A stretch of 64,000 nucleotides of DNA from an uncultured bacterium (GTDB lineage: Bacteria > Hinthialibacterota > Hinthialibacteria > Hinthialibacterales > JAKPRU01). Where the stretch lies: positions 38,386 through 102,385 of the forward strand of contig CAZTDD010000004.1 of the NCBI GenBank assembly GCA_964612675.1. Direction: 5' to 3'. Shown in pieces: positions 18,063-28,343 of this stretch. Both the position numbers and the translations under genes were made by a program. Numbering within the stretch: the first letter of the stretch is position 1; every line of letters starts with the position of its first letter. Below the pieces are notes generated by a model. That model did not search any database, was not told the DNA's origin, and worked only from the letters and a program-made list of their open reading frames with translations.

Positions 18063-19940
18063 CTACTCGTGGTGATTCTGAGCATCCCGGGCCGGATTAT
18101 GAAGCATTTCTCCAAATACTGTACACGCTTTGTGGATTTCGCTGAAATAATGTACATACCGCCGAAGCAATTCCACCTGCGATGCGGGATTGGGATGAAA
18201 TGTGAAATAGTCCGGCGCGCGAATCGTGACAAAAAGCCGTTCCAGAGCCAATTCGAGGATTTGGTAAAGCCGGAACCCCTCTTCGATCTGTTCGCGAACG
18301 GCCCTGAATTCCTGCAGCAGGCGGGAAAGCTGTTCGGGTTGCATGTCGCCGGAGAGTGAAGAAACCGCGCCGAGTTGCTTTTTGGCATGCGAGCCTACCC
18401 GTTCGACAACGGTTGCCAGATCTTCAAACAGTCCTTCGGGAATCGCCGGTGTAGGGATGGTCGAGATCCTTTCCACAACCTGCCAGGGATTGAAGGAAAC
18501 GGTCAAATACGTATCGATGGTCTCTCGAAGCGACAGGATCTGTGTTCCCTGTATCCATGCGCCTCCCTCGGTCGCATCTATACAGTGGACCTCCGTTTCC
18601 GCCAACAGATTCTCCAAGTAGCGAATAGATTCAAAAAACGCCGCACTGGTGGAGACAGTCGTTCCGTCAACGGAGGCTACGGAAATGGAGTCTACTTCCT
18701 CATGGAAATCACCGTCCGCCTCCGGGCGACGGTAGTCGATCTTCCCGGTACTGGTCCGCATCACCTCGGCCTGAAGGGCAGACCCGCTCGCGTGGCTTTT
18801 TCCTTGCGGTGGAAACGCCAGATCAAGTCCGACGAAGATGATGGGCGTACAGCCCATCACGCGGGCGAGATGAAACGCGGCCAGCGCAACATTCTGGCTG
18901 AACGGAAGAATGTCCTCTTGTTTCAGTTCGCGGCCCGGCAGTTGCTCGTGGAGGCCTCGACAGCGGTGTGGCAGGAAAATGGAAGGATTTCGGAACCTGT
19001 TCGCCAGAGCCGGAGTGATCTGAGGGTCGAAAACAAACACCGTCCGGCCCAGGTCGTCGATCCCTTCAAAATGACGGGCATTCAGCTCCGACGGATCTTT
19101 TGTAACGACAAATTGGGGTTCCACACCTTTTCGACGAAGCAATTGGAATGAAGTATCGCAAGCGAAAACAGCTGCCCGGCCCGTGATGTCCGGTATCAGG
19201 TCGATGTTCTTGTCGAGCGACGGTCCCGCGGCGACAATCAACGCGGGGTTTCCGGACAAGAGGTTTTTCACAGACGACGGCGGAACGGATCGGTACAGTT
19301 TGGGCACATTGCGGAGGATATGTTCCTGCGTGTGATAGCCCGTGGACTCCATGTGAGCCAACATGTTTTTGCCGGCTTCCGCCAGCCGTGAGATCTCGTG
19401 TTGGACCTCCTGGAGTTCATTCGGGCAGACCTGCGTTGCCGCGGGAAGAGCCTGAAAGTGGAAGCCGGTGGACAGAAACTCGCCCATTCGCCTGAATAGC
19501 GTCTGATAAAGCGCATGTGCGGGTTCAGCGCAAATAAGATCCACTGCTGCATTGTTGAACAACGGTCGCAGATCGACATGCTCCAGAGCAGCCCGGAAAA
19601 CATCGGCACGGGGTTCAAAAACACAGAGATAATCCCGGCGAGCTGTAGACAGGAGGGCCAAGGCCTGATAACCAAGCCCGAGTCCGAACAGTACTATGCG
19701 GCTCGACTCCCGGTTCTCAGGCGCGTTCGCCCAGCGTTCCGCTTCCTTGCGGGGGTCGTTCCTGCTGTGATAGAGCACAGTTCGACCGGAGGCGGCGGGG
19801 ACTTCCAGCGTGGGCGTCCCGGAGGGAGTCGTCTGAACGGTTACCGAGTCTGGAGAGGGCTCGTTCTCGAATCGAGCGGCGAGGGTGGGGTGGCGCTGAC
19901 GGAGCGCCTGTAGATTTGTCTGGAAGAACGACTTGACCAC
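18063..19940 (-). CDS. Motility-associated factor (Maf) family glycosyltransferase (DUF115 / MptE-like), paralog 1
   Basis: 625 aa. The N-terminus FFQTNLQALRQRHPTLAARF, the central PALIVAAGPSLDKNIDLI...AVFACDTSF Rossmann-like core and IIFVGLDLAFP are hallmarks of DUF115 Maf proteins, which in other bacteria transfer nonulosonic acids to flagellin. Paralogous to 32441-34375. Confidence 0.7.
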   Translation of the reverse strand: MVKSFFQTNLQALRQRHPTLAARFENEPSPDSVTVQTTPSGTPTLEVPAASGRTVLYHSRNDPRKEAERWANAPENRESSRIVLFGLGLGYQALALLSTARRDYLCVFEPRADVFRAALEHVDLRPLFNNAAVDLICAEPAHALYQTLFRRMGEFLSTGFHFQALPAATQVCPNELQEVQHEISRLAEAGKNMLAHMESTGYHTQEHILRNVPKLYRSVPPSSVKNLLSGNPALIVAAGPSLDKNIDLIPDITGRAAVFACDTSFQLLRRKGVEPQFVVTKDPSELNARHFEGIDDLGRTVFVFDPQITPALANRFRNPSIFLPHRCRGLHEQLPGRELKQEDILPFSQNVALAAFHLARVMGCTPIIFVGLDLAFPPQGKSHASGSALQAEVMRTSTGKIDYRRPEADGDFHEEVDSISVASVDGTTVSTSAAFFESIRYLENLLAETEVHCIDATEGGAWIQGTQILSLRETIDTYLTVSFNPWQVVERISTIPTPAIPEGLFEDLATVVERVGSHAKKQLGAVSSLSGDMQPEQLSRLLQEFRAVREQIEEGFRLYQILELALERLFVTIRAPDYFTFHPNPASQVELLRRYVHYFSEIHKACTVFGEMLHNPARDAQNHHE

Positions 19941-20054
19941 AGACGACCTCCACGTGAGACTCGATTCCGGGACGGTGTTTCTGCACCTTACCGCCCGAGA
20001 CGGTCGTCGTCGAGGCGTTCGTTCGCGCTTTCTAACAGCCTGTAGGAGATCGCT

Positions 20055-20226
20055 GATGTCGATCCCATGTCCACAATGCGGCAGAGAGTATGATGTTACT
20101 CTGTTTCAGTTTGGGAATAAGATCGAGTGTGTCTGTGGGGAAAAACTCCCGTTGTCTCACAAGGCGGAAGAAAGCGGGGGCAACGGAACGGCTACCGATT
20201 CAGACGATGAGGATATGCTGCCTTAG
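20055..20226 (+). CDS. Small zinc-ribbon protein (57 aa)
   Basis: CPQCG-x15-CVCG Cys4 motif with an acidic C-terminal tail. Start chosen at the ATG at 20055; the six-frame ORF from 19933 overlaps the end of the maf gene. Convergent with the downstream nuclease-like gene. Confidence 0.4.
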
Positions 20227-20281
20227 TTTCCTTCCAATATCTAGGTTTTCATTGTTTCCCACGGAAAGGCGGTCCGCTTCT

Positions 20282-20992
20282 TTACCAGTCGTAGCTCTGG
20301 ATCACAATGACTCCCTGTTGTTCTGCCTTCCGGAGAAACGCGTTGGTGGCGAAATGTGTAACGAGGACTTTTACAGTTTCCATATCTCCGTACTCCCGCT
20401 GCACCGCTTCCGCTTTTTCATTCAGTTCCTCGAAAACCTCCATACCTTTCATAGACGGCCGGATGTCCAACCGTAGCTTCACTTCACCGACAACCAACAC
20501 TTCTTGCCCGTTTCGAGTACCCCGCCCCAGGAGGTTCACTTCTCGTCCTCCAATTTCCGCTCGGATCAGTTTCTTCTTCAAATTGATTCCAAACTTCTCG
20601 CTGAGTACATTCGGCGCCATTCGATATGCCTCGTTCTCGAAACCATAGGAGACACTTCTTGACAGCCCGCCGACATCTTGACGGAGTCTCCGGAGGCCAA
20701 TGGTCAATTTCCGTATTTCCTCCTCTGTACGCGTCTGCGCTTCCGCCAGTTTCTCGACCTTGGCCTCTGTACGTACCTGGGCTTCTGCTAATTGTTCGAG
20801 TCTTGCTTCCGTCCGTTTCTGCGAGTGGGCCAAATCGGTAACAATGGATTTCAACTCATTGAAATCGCCTACGGTCACAAGGTTCCGATAAGAGGTATGC
20901 ACAACCTCCGCTAGAAGGGACGCTTGTTTATCGTCGAATCCTTCCAACAGCTTTGCTCGAATCGCATCTTCGTTGTACAGTCCCGGGTCCAT
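20282..20992 (-). CDS. Coiled-coil protein with C-terminal PD-(D/E)XK nuclease-like domain (DUF3782-like)
   Basis: 236 aa. The centre is a heptad-like repeat (RLEQLAEAQVRTEAKVEKLAEAQTRTEEEIRKL). The C-terminus has a D...EVK restriction-endonuclease-like core (REVNLLGRGTRNGQEVLVVGEVKLRLD). Family call from motif memory only. Confidence 0.5.
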   Translation of the reverse strand: MDPGLYNEDAIRAKLLEGFDDKQASLLAEVVHTSYRNLVTVGDFNELKSIVTDLAHSQKRTEARLEQLAEAQVRTEAKVEKLAEAQTRTEEEIRKLTIGLRRLRQDVGGLSRSVSYGFENEAYRMAPNVLSEKFGINLKKKLIRAEIGGREVNLLGRGTRNGQEVLVVGEVKLRLDIRPSMKGMEVFEELNEKAEAVQREYGDMETVKVLVTHFATNAFLRKAEQQGVIVIQSYDW

Positions 20993-21231
20993 GACACGAC
21001 CCCCTTCCCCGATCTTTCGTCCCTTGGCATGGAAGGGCTCGAAATTAGATCTTCACCGCATGTAGTCTAGTGTAACCCAAATCAACAAAGCGCACAAATC
21101 GGCAAAAAGACTGTGCAGGAAGGAGTTGGCGACTCCCCCATCGCCTCTTTTGTCGCCCAGGGGGCCTTTATGATACTATTCATTTGGTGCTTGCCTGAAA
21201 GCGAATTTCCACTGATCCGAGAACAATCTGA

Positions 21232-24200
21232 TTGAACCCTATGAAAACCCTCTATCTTATGTCGATTGCCCTACTATCGAGCAGCTTCTCCAGCCCCGTC
21301 GTCGATCTTTCCCAGCAACCCCGCGCATTGGATGAAGGGATCTACCAGGACATCCGTCTGCCGCATACCATCCCTCTTGGCGGCCTCGGCTGTGGTTCCG
21401 TGGAACTGGGCAGTGACGGTTGGTTTCAGCATCTCTCGATCAACAATAACTGGATCGAAGACCTGCCTCGGCCGGAAGGCTCTTTCTTTGCGATCTGGAT
21501 TCGAGATGGTGAGCACACCGCATCCAAAGTGCTGCGTCTCTCGGATGCCGATCTCCCGAGCGTCGATCATGTCCGCTATCAAGGTGTTTTCCCGTGTTCC
21601 ACCCTGACATTTACCGACATCGACCTACCGGTGGATGTTTTTTTGGACGCCTGGTCGCCTCTGGTTGCATGGAATCTGAAGGACTCGTCAATTCCTGGAG
21701 CAGTCTTTTCGCTGCGATGTACCAATCCCGCCGAACATCCCATCGAAGTCGCCTTGGCGTTCTCTTGGGAAAACCTCCTCGGGCTCGATACCCAACAAAG
21801 CGATTTCTCGCAACAAAGGATTGGCAACACACAGGAAATCGAAGGGTCGCGCTCAGTTCACGGCCTTGTGTTTCGCCAACTGGACAAAGACGAAGAAGAA
21901 AAACTGCCCGGAACCTACGCAATTGCTGTCGAGGAGGCGGACGAAGGGTCAATTTCATATTTGCCGTCATGGAATGTCGTTTCGCCTGATAGTTTTTGGG
22001 ATGAGTTCTCCGACGACGGATTTCTTTTCGACGAAGATCATCCGGGGCCGTGGCCTGTTGGGAACGAGGCCATCTCTCCGGCGGGTGCTGTTGCACAGCG
22101 ATTTACGCTGCCCGCGCGAAGCTCCCGGCGCGTTCATTTTGCGTTGGCATGGCATCAACCTACGCTTGTGCAAACGGAAGAGACCGAGCGACGACCTTTC
22201 TATGTCGAAGAATTCGACGATGCATGGGATACCGTGAAATATCTGCTGGATGATCGGGAGGACCTGTGGGGCGGTACCGAGAAATGGCGGGACGCTCTGA
22301 TGCGTTCTTCGCTGCCCCCCTGGCTGAGAGTTCGTTTGCTGAACGACCTGTGCCCTTTCTTCTCCCGAACGCTGTTGTTCGAGGGGCGCTACGCCATGAT
22401 TGAAGACTCGCGAAGCGGGGCGCTCCAATCCAACTTCAACGCACTGCTCGCCGACGCTTTTCTTTTAGGGTTCTTTCCCGAGCTGTGCGAAAGCAACCTG
22501 TATGTTGCCTCCACCGGCCAACTGCCGGATGGTGAGATTCCCTCTTACACGGGCACGTTTCCGGGGATTCTGACCGACGACACAACCGGCCTCGCCGCAA
22601 ATCAAAACCCATGGGGAGCCTGTGGGCTGATCCTACGCCTGCGGCTGTACGACTTACTAGCGGGCAGCGATCGCTTACGGGAAGAGCTGTACCCCGTTGC
22701 AAAGAACGCCGCGCTCTGGCTGGCTGACCGCGATCAAGACCGTGACGGGATTCCAGAGGGAGGCAATCCCCGGCTGGATCCCGGCAAGACCAAAAACTTC
22801 AGCGCAGTTTGTAGCGCGTGGCTGGCCGCCTTGCACGCCGTGAGCGATTTTGCATCCGCCACGAACGATCTCGAAACGCTGGCCCGGTATGAGAATCTGC
22901 GTGCCCGGGCACTCGAGAACGGGGTCTATGAACTCTGGAATGGTCGCTATCTGAAAGCATTTTTCGATCCGGAATCACCGGACGATCCAGCATCGATTAT
23001 GGTTTCTCCGGACGCGCTTGTTGGTGAATGGTATGCCGCAACAGTGGGATGGGAAGCAATCTGGCCGGAAGCGGTTATCGAGACAACGCTTCAGTCCCTT
23101 CTCCGAAAGAGGCCGTTTGCAGCAGAGGCCGAGGTACTCGATACCGGCCGGCTTTCGACATTGGCATCCGTGGCGGCTCAAAAAGGTAGAGCCGGGGATG
23201 GGTTCGAAATAATGAGCGAGCTGCATCGTCACGTGACCGAATCGGGCCAAGCGATGGCGATGCCCGCTCAAGTGGGGTCTGTCAGCGGAGGTGTTTCGAA
23301 CGACATCGGGGGACCTGTTTCCTGGGTCTTCCTGAACGCACTTACCGGAGCTTCATTCAACACAAAACTGGAGCGATTCACGTTGAGTCCACGAGTTCCA
23401 ACGGAATCGGACCGACTCGAAGTGCCTGTTTTCTTGCCGTCTTTCCGTGGTTGGCTTAGCTATCAAGCCCCCTCCTTTGAGTCTGCCCATCGAATTACGT
23501 TTCGGCTGAATGCACTTCGAGAAGGGCGCTCGCTCGAAATCAAGCAAATCGCGACACGGGTGCCACCTGCTTTCCGGGATCGGAATCCCGTGCTGTTCTT
23601 GGAGGGGTCGTCCGGCGGAGGCGGTGTTTCACGGCGGAGTCTCGGTCTACTTACACTTGTTCTGGATGATCCACTTCGCTTGCGCGAGGGGGATGATTTT
23701 ACCGTCGTGCTCGGGACAGAGGACACCGGCAGGATCGATGTCAACATCAAAGCGCATCAGGTCGCGGCACGGGGACCGGCGTGCAAGATTGATCGACTCC
23801 CGGATTCTCCTCTTGCATTCACTGTGATGAACCGTCTTCAGACCCCTCAGATGCTGAATCTCCGGTTTACCGGCCTGGATGGTCACTCGTATCGAATCGC
23901 GGTGGACGGTCGTGAAATATCGCCTCTGGAGACGGAAGGAACGCGTGTTACTCTCCCGCTTCCGGGCGGACCGTTCACGACGATGCAAGCTGCAAAGGCT
24001 GAACGTACTCGCCGTCGGCTGGTTCGAATCGTCCAGCTTCTTACAGAGTATCCGGCCGAACAGGAAGCCCTTCGTAAGGTCTGGGAGCTTCAGAAGACGA
24101 TTGAGCGGTTCTTCTTGGCCGACATCGGTGGGCGATTGGCGACTGTCGATGTGTATGAATCGGATACGGATCCCCCGGACCGCGAGCCAGCGGAAACTCT

Positions 24201-25137
24201 ATCCGAGCGTGAGGCTGAAAATCTCTGGGAGGATCTGAATGAGGAAACGGAGAAGTTCAGATCGAGCATCGCGGATGCGGTATCCGATCCGGCTGTGCGT
24301 GCGAGGATTCTCGGTCTGGCATATCCCGTGGATCTCATGTTGCACGTCGAAGGCGATCCATCGATGGAACCGGAATTCGATTTGACGGCTGTGTTGAGCA
24401 ACCCCGAACGTCTTCCTCTCAGCGGCCGATTCACATTGATCGTCCCCGAAGAGAGTTGGCAAGCCACCACACTCGATTCCACGGAGTTGCACTCGGGACC
24501 CTCTCCTTCCGAACGCGAAACGCGACGATTTCATGTGGAGATGCCGAGCCCACTTGCCGTTCAGCGTACGGAGATTATTGCGCGCTTCATCGGGGAGCTG
24601 GACAACCGGCTCTTTGTCTTAGAGACAATCATGCCGGTGGGGCACGGATTCCTTCGCGATTGGATGGTGCTGGGACCGTTTCCAAACGAAGGCGATCAGC
24701 AGCTGACGGAGGTTCATTATCCCGAGCACGCTGTAGACTTGGACGCGACATACGATGGTATCGGTGGAAGTGCGTCCTGGCGGGCGCATTATTCGGGAAC
24801 CGGCTATATCGATTTTCAGTCGATGTTCGATGTGCGCGGTCCGGCCCTGGCGTTTGCTCACGCCTTTGTCTACTCCCCGCACGATCGACCTGTCGTTTTC
24901 CATTTGGGAGCTACGCAAGGTGTACGGATCATACTGAATCAGCAAGACGTATTTACGCGGAACGACCATCAGCCCGCACAGCCCAGCCAATACCGAATCG
25001 CGACACGCTTCCGGAGCGGCTGGAACAATCTGCTTGTAAAGGTCTCACGGTTATATGGGGATTGGGGATTCTATCTGGAGATCACCGATCCTGCCGGAAG
25101 ACCGATCCCTGAGTTGAAAGTATCGTTGAGGCGGTAG
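21232..25137 (+). CDS. Glycoside hydrolase family 116-like protein (GBA2-type glucosylceramidase/beta-glucosidase fold) with long C-terminal extension
   Basis: 1301 aa with a signal peptide. The N-terminal HTIPLGGLGCGSVELGSDGWFQHLSINNNW...GSFFAIW block matches the GH116 N-terminal beta-sandwich. It is followed by an (alpha/alpha)6-like catalytic region (DUF608-like). The last ~450 aa are extra beta-rich domains. Confidence 0.6.
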   Translation: MNPMKTLYLMSIALLSSSFSSPVVDLSQQPRALDEGIYQDIRLPHTIPLGGLGCGSVELGSDGWFQHLSINNNWIEDLPRPEGSFFAIWIRDGEHTASKVLRLSDADLPSVDHVRYQGVFPCSTLTFTDIDLPVDVFLDAWSPLVAWNLKDSSIPGAVFSLRCTNPAEHPIEVALAFSWENLLGLDTQQSDFSQQRIGNTQEIEGSRSVHGLVFRQLDKDEEEKLPGTYAIAVEEADEGSISYLPSWNVVSPDSFWDEFSDDGFLFDEDHPGPWPVGNEAISPAGAVAQRFTLPARSSRRVHFALAWHQPTLVQTEETERRPFYVEEFDDAWDTVKYLLDDREDLWGGTEKWRDALMRSSLPPWLRVRLLNDLCPFFSRTLLFEGRYAMIEDSRSGALQSNFNALLADAFLLGFFPELCESNLYVASTGQLPDGEIPSYTGTFPGILTDDTTGLAANQNPWGACGLILRLRLYDLLAGSDRLREELYPVAKNAALWLADRDQDRDGIPEGGNPRLDPGKTKNFSAVCSAWLAALHAVSDFASATNDLETLARYENLRARALENGVYELWNGRYLKAFFDPESPDDPASIMVSPDALVGEWYAATVGWEAIWPEAVIETTLQSLLRKRPFAAEAEVLDTGRLSTLASVAAQKGRAGDGFEIMSELHRHVTESGQAMAMPAQVGSVSGGVSNDIGGPVSWVFLNALTGASFNTKLERFTLSPRVPTESDRLEVPVFLPSFRGWLSYQAPSFESAHRITFRLNALREGRSLEIKQIATRVPPAFRDRNPVLFLEGSSGGGGVSRRSLGLLTLVLDDPLRLREGDDFTVVLGTEDTGRIDVNIKAHQVAARGPACKIDRLPDSPLAFTVMNRLQTPQMLNLRFTGLDGHSYRIAVDGREISPLETEGTRVTLPLPGGPFTTMQAAKAERTRRRLVRIVQLLTEYPAEQEALRKVWELQKTIERFFLADIGGRLATVDVYESDTDPPDREPAETLSEREAENLWEDLNEETEKFRSSIADAVSDPAVRARILGLAYPVDLMLHVEGDPSMEPEFDLTAVLSNPERLPLSGRFTLIVPEESWQATTLDSTELHSGPSPSERETRRFHVEMPSPLAVQRTEIIARFIGELDNRLFVLETIMPVGHGFLRDWMVLGPFPNEGDQQLTEVHYPEHAVDLDATYDGIGGSASWRAHYSGTGYIDFQSMFDVRGPALAFAHAFVYSPHDRPVVFHLGATQGVRIILNQQDVFTRNDHQPAQPSQYRIATRFRSGWNNLLVKVSRLYGDWGFYLEITDPAGRPIPELKVSLRR

Positions 25138-25210
25138 CGGCCGCGATTACTCTTGGCCCTGCGTCTCACTGAGGTCGTTCCGCGCAGGAATTTCGGTCGC
25201 TGTATTATGT

Positions 25211-26251
25211 TCACAGCCCTTTCAACTCCGTAATGATTCGTTCGGCTGCGAGACTGTCTTCCTGTGGACGGCTCTCCAGAGCCTTTGCGTTTATTCCCAC
25301 AGGCGCCCAAACATGAGGATCGGTCGAACGAAACACGGCGAGTGTTGGACAACCGAGAGCGGCGGCCAAATGAGTGATCCCACTATCATTCCCCACGTAC
25401 ATAGACATCTTTCGGAGTACAGCCGCGATATCCATCAGGGGGCGATTGTGAATCGATCTTGGATTCAATTCGTTGACGGCTGCGCACAGATCGATTCCCA
25501 GTCGTTCCTCCTCTGCACCGGCCAATACGGCAACTCGGATGAAACGCTCCCGCGCAAGCCCGTGAAGAACATCGGCCCAGACGGGAATCGGTAAACGCTT
25601 TTCCGCTTTGCTTGCTCCTGGATGGATGGCGATCCAGGGGGATTGTCGCTCCGGCGCTCCCAGTAGATTCTCCAGGTCCTCAGGGAGTCTCGCCGAAATC
25701 TGTAGCGAAGGTACCTTGAGCGGTCTTGCGATTCCTAACTGGTTCAACGGTTCAAACAAATGGTCGATGACGTGCTGGTCTTCGGATGGACGTGGTGAAT
25801 GGACAACAACTTGACCAGGGCAGAGGTCAGTCAGGTTTCGAGTCAGCTGTCCGTCGCGGTCTTCTCCATACCAGAGAATAAGCGCTGCGGAAGCGAAGAG
25901 GTCGCGCACCTCTGCGGAGAGCGACGGACTCGGGCCGTACAGCGTATGAATCCCAGGCAGTTCAAAACTCATTGCGCGAGAGGCAAATGAAGGACCAACA
26001 AGCAGAGAGACACGTTCGTATTGTCCGAGTATAACGATTTCGCGATGTGGAAAGTGGTTTCGGAATGCGTGGATTACCGGTGCAAGGAGAATGGTATCTC
26101 CGATTGCTCCGTTTCGAATGACGAGAATATGCCCCCGTTCTTGCATAATCCGATATCTGCCATTGAAGGTAGCAGCGGCTCCCTGAACCGGGCAGAGAAG
26201 GCTGTGGTAGGAAGAGTAACTGGTCCAGGAGTTGAACTCCTGGACCAGCAT
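25211..26251 (-). CDS. Glycosyltransferase family 9 (LPS heptosyltransferase-like)
   Basis: ILVIRNGAIGDTILLAPVI matches the GT9 N-terminal ILIIRxxxxGDxxLxxP motif. The C-terminal GNDSGITHLAAALGCPTLAVF matches GxDSGxxHLAAAxGxPxVxLF. The true start is probably the Met at 26146 (MQERGHILVIR), because the palindromic repeat at 26220-26248 lies upstream of it. Confidence 0.75.
   Translation of the reverse strand: MLVQEFNSWTSYSSYHSLLCPVQGAAATFNGRYRIMQERGHILVIRNGAIGDTILLAPVIHAFRNHFPHREIVILGQYERVSLLVGPSFASRAMSFELPGIHTLYGPSPSLSAEVRDLFASAALILWYGEDRDGQLTRNLTDLCPGQVVVHSPRPSEDQHVIDHLFEPLNQLGIARPLKVPSLQISARLPEDLENLLGAPERQSPWIAIHPGASKAEKRLPIPVWADVLHGLARERFIRVAVLAGAEEERLGIDLCAAVNELNPRSIHNRPLMDIAAVLRKMSMYVGNDSGITHLAAALGCPTLAVFRSTDPHVWAPVGINAKALESRPQEDSLAAERIITELKGL
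26220..26248. repeat. Perfect 14-bp-arm palindrome ctggtccaggagtt-g-aactcctggaccag (GGAGTTGAACTCC core family)
   Basis: Read directly. It sits between the stop of the 669-aa gene and the probable GT9 start, so it is a terminator- or operator-like hairpin. Confidence 0.6.
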
Positions 26252-26294
26252 GTCCTGAAAGTATTCTCTATCTCAGATTCGTCCCCGGTATGCT

Positions 26295-28304
26295 TCAGCG
26301 CTCGGTAGGCGTTGTACTCTTGATTTCATCCGCCAATCTCTCCGCCTGTTCGGCCCTTTCCGGGATGTACTGCGCCATCTTCTGGGTGAGGATCAAAGCC
26401 AGTTCGCGCTGTCCGTTTTTGTTGAGTTCCCGAATTACTTCGGGCAGCCATTTGTGAATCTGGCTGATGCTGACGTCTCCCCGCATGTCGGGTGGGATCG
26501 ATACGCGAGCGGGCAGGTCACGAAAGACGGTCTGCTTCTGAGTGACGATCGCGTTTTCCTGTATTGAAGAGGCTTCCGCTTCTGCCTGACAAATCGAGAA
26601 GATGGCGATCAATTTGGCCAGCCGGCCCATGCCAAAGGCAACGTTCTGGGCCTGCTTATCGTGCGCGGCGCCCAAGGCCGCCATCTGCGCGGTACGCTCC
26701 AGCGTTTTGCTTGCACCGCGGGTCGCACGAGCCGTGTCGACAAACTGGATGTGATTTGCCTTTCCCTCCAAAACCGAATCAACTCTTTCATACGAGCTGT
26801 CGGTTTGAATGCCCTTTTGCCGTCCATCGTAAACGTCCAACATTTGATGCAGGGGGTTTTGGTGGGATGCGATCAACACCCCGCTTTCTACTATCGTGAG
26901 ACAGGGCTGGTACGGGAAGAACGGTATGGGGACCTGTATCGACGAGATTGTATGACCTTCATACTCGCTCGCCATGACTTGAATAGGCAACTCCGTGCTC
27001 TTGCGAATCGTATCGACGACTTTCGGCAGCCACGCTTTTGCCTTCTCTTGGTCGGTGGCTTCGATCCAGATCGCAAAATGATTCATCGGTACAACGGACT
27101 CCAGGTCGACGGGATACTTGACCGCGCCATAGCTCTGGCCCATCCATGAAAGTAGGTCTTCTTCGAAATCAAGGCCGGTATTTGCTTCGAACTCGGCGAA
27201 GCCGGCGCGAATTTCCTCCCGATTCGGGGCGAGCGAATCGATGAGTGTCCATGCAGCCTCCCAGATGTCCGGCACCGAGAAGACGTTACTGGCCCAGACA
27301 CTCTCGATTCCGCGCGGTGCGATTCGGAAAACGGGGAATCTGGCTGGCTCGTTGCGGAATAAATCTTCGAACAGCTCGGGGCGTTCCTCAGCCAACAGTG
27401 TTCGTCCTGTGGTGACTCTTGTTTGCCCGTCCCAAACCGACACACTCGCTCCGGCGCGGAATGTGCCGATCAGCGAAATCACCTGATCGGCGGCCCGATT
27501 CACGAGAACGCGCACTTCTTCGTCTTGGATGAAGGCGGTCAACTTCTGAATCTCGTGCAGAGTGGAAGCGAAATGGCCCCAGTTCGAGAAGACCAACTCG
27601 TCATAGGTGTCCGGAAGTTGCTCTTGAAGGGCCTGAAATTCGGGTTCATCGATCAGTCTGCCGCTCTCTAGCTCCGGGAGTTCCAATACCCGATCGAAGA
27701 TAGCGCTATTTGTGGAAATAAAGAGAAGATCTCCTTTTGCAACATACGAGAGCCCAAGTCCGGGAATTCCCACGCCCGCTTCTACCGAATCCACGACGCT
27801 TTCGTCGGCCCAACGGGTATCGCGGCTAACGGGGAGTCCGTAATTCAGAATCGTGTCGAACACCGATTTCAGCGTGGCCGTCGCTTTATCGAGCTCCTTC
27901 GGTTCACAAATATACAGAACAGAAGGTATTCGCGGTCCGATTCCTCCCGCCAATCCGAACACAGCAAACGCCGAGCGCTCGCTTTCAAAAGCACCGAACA
28001 TCGATGCGTTTTCCGGCAGGTTCATCTGTGCCTGAAGCGATTCCAGCTCTTCCCGGAGGATTCGCCATTCCACGATGTCGTTCATTGCCCGAAACCAGTC
28101 TTCGAGGCTTTGTTCGAAGTTGCGGAACGTGGGTTCCTCGGGCGCCTCGTTGATGCGTTCGCTGATCGTGCAGTAAAGCGCATCGCTGGGTATATAGTCC
28201 AACAGAGTTGGCGTCTGGGCCGCCACAGGCAAGGCGATTACCATAAGGAGCCCGATTTTTGCCGCTGCTTGGCGGAAGGTCGTGCTGTTCGATACTCGGT
28301 TCAT
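26295..28304 (-). CDS. Hypothetical secreted protein (669 aa)
   Basis: Signal peptide (IGLLMVIALPVAAQTP). No recognisable catalytic motifs. Sits next to an ECF sigma/anti-sigma pair. Confidence 0.5.
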   Translation of the reverse strand: MNRVSNSTTFRQAAAKIGLLMVIALPVAAQTPTLLDYIPSDALYCTISERINEAPEEPTFRNFEQSLEDWFRAMNDIVEWRILREELESLQAQMNLPENASMFGAFESERSAFAVFGLAGGIGPRIPSVLYICEPKELDKATATLKSVFDTILNYGLPVSRDTRWADESVVDSVEAGVGIPGLGLSYVAKGDLLFISTNSAIFDRVLELPELESGRLIDEPEFQALQEQLPDTYDELVFSNWGHFASTLHEIQKLTAFIQDEEVRVLVNRAADQVISLIGTFRAGASVSVWDGQTRVTTGRTLLAEERPELFEDLFRNEPARFPVFRIAPRGIESVWASNVFSVPDIWEAAWTLIDSLAPNREEIRAGFAEFEANTGLDFEEDLLSWMGQSYGAVKYPVDLESVVPMNHFAIWIEATDQEKAKAWLPKVVDTIRKSTELPIQVMASEYEGHTISSIQVPIPFFPYQPCLTIVESGVLIASHQNPLHQMLDVYDGRQKGIQTDSSYERVDSVLEGKANHIQFVDTARATRGASKTLERTAQMAALGAAHDKQAQNVAFGMGRLAKLIAIFSICQAEAEASSIQENAIVTQKQTVFRDLPARVSIPPDMRGDVSISQIHKWLPEVIRELNKNGQRELALILTQKMAQYIPERAEQAERLADEIKSTTPTER

Positions 28305-28343
28305 GATGGATTATTCCTTTCACGCAATAAGGCTCAGGATCAT

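Noticed and set aside
18375-19151. 258-aa plus-strand ORF inside maf paralog 1
   Set aside because: Antisense shadow ORF with Arg-rich, low-complexity translation.
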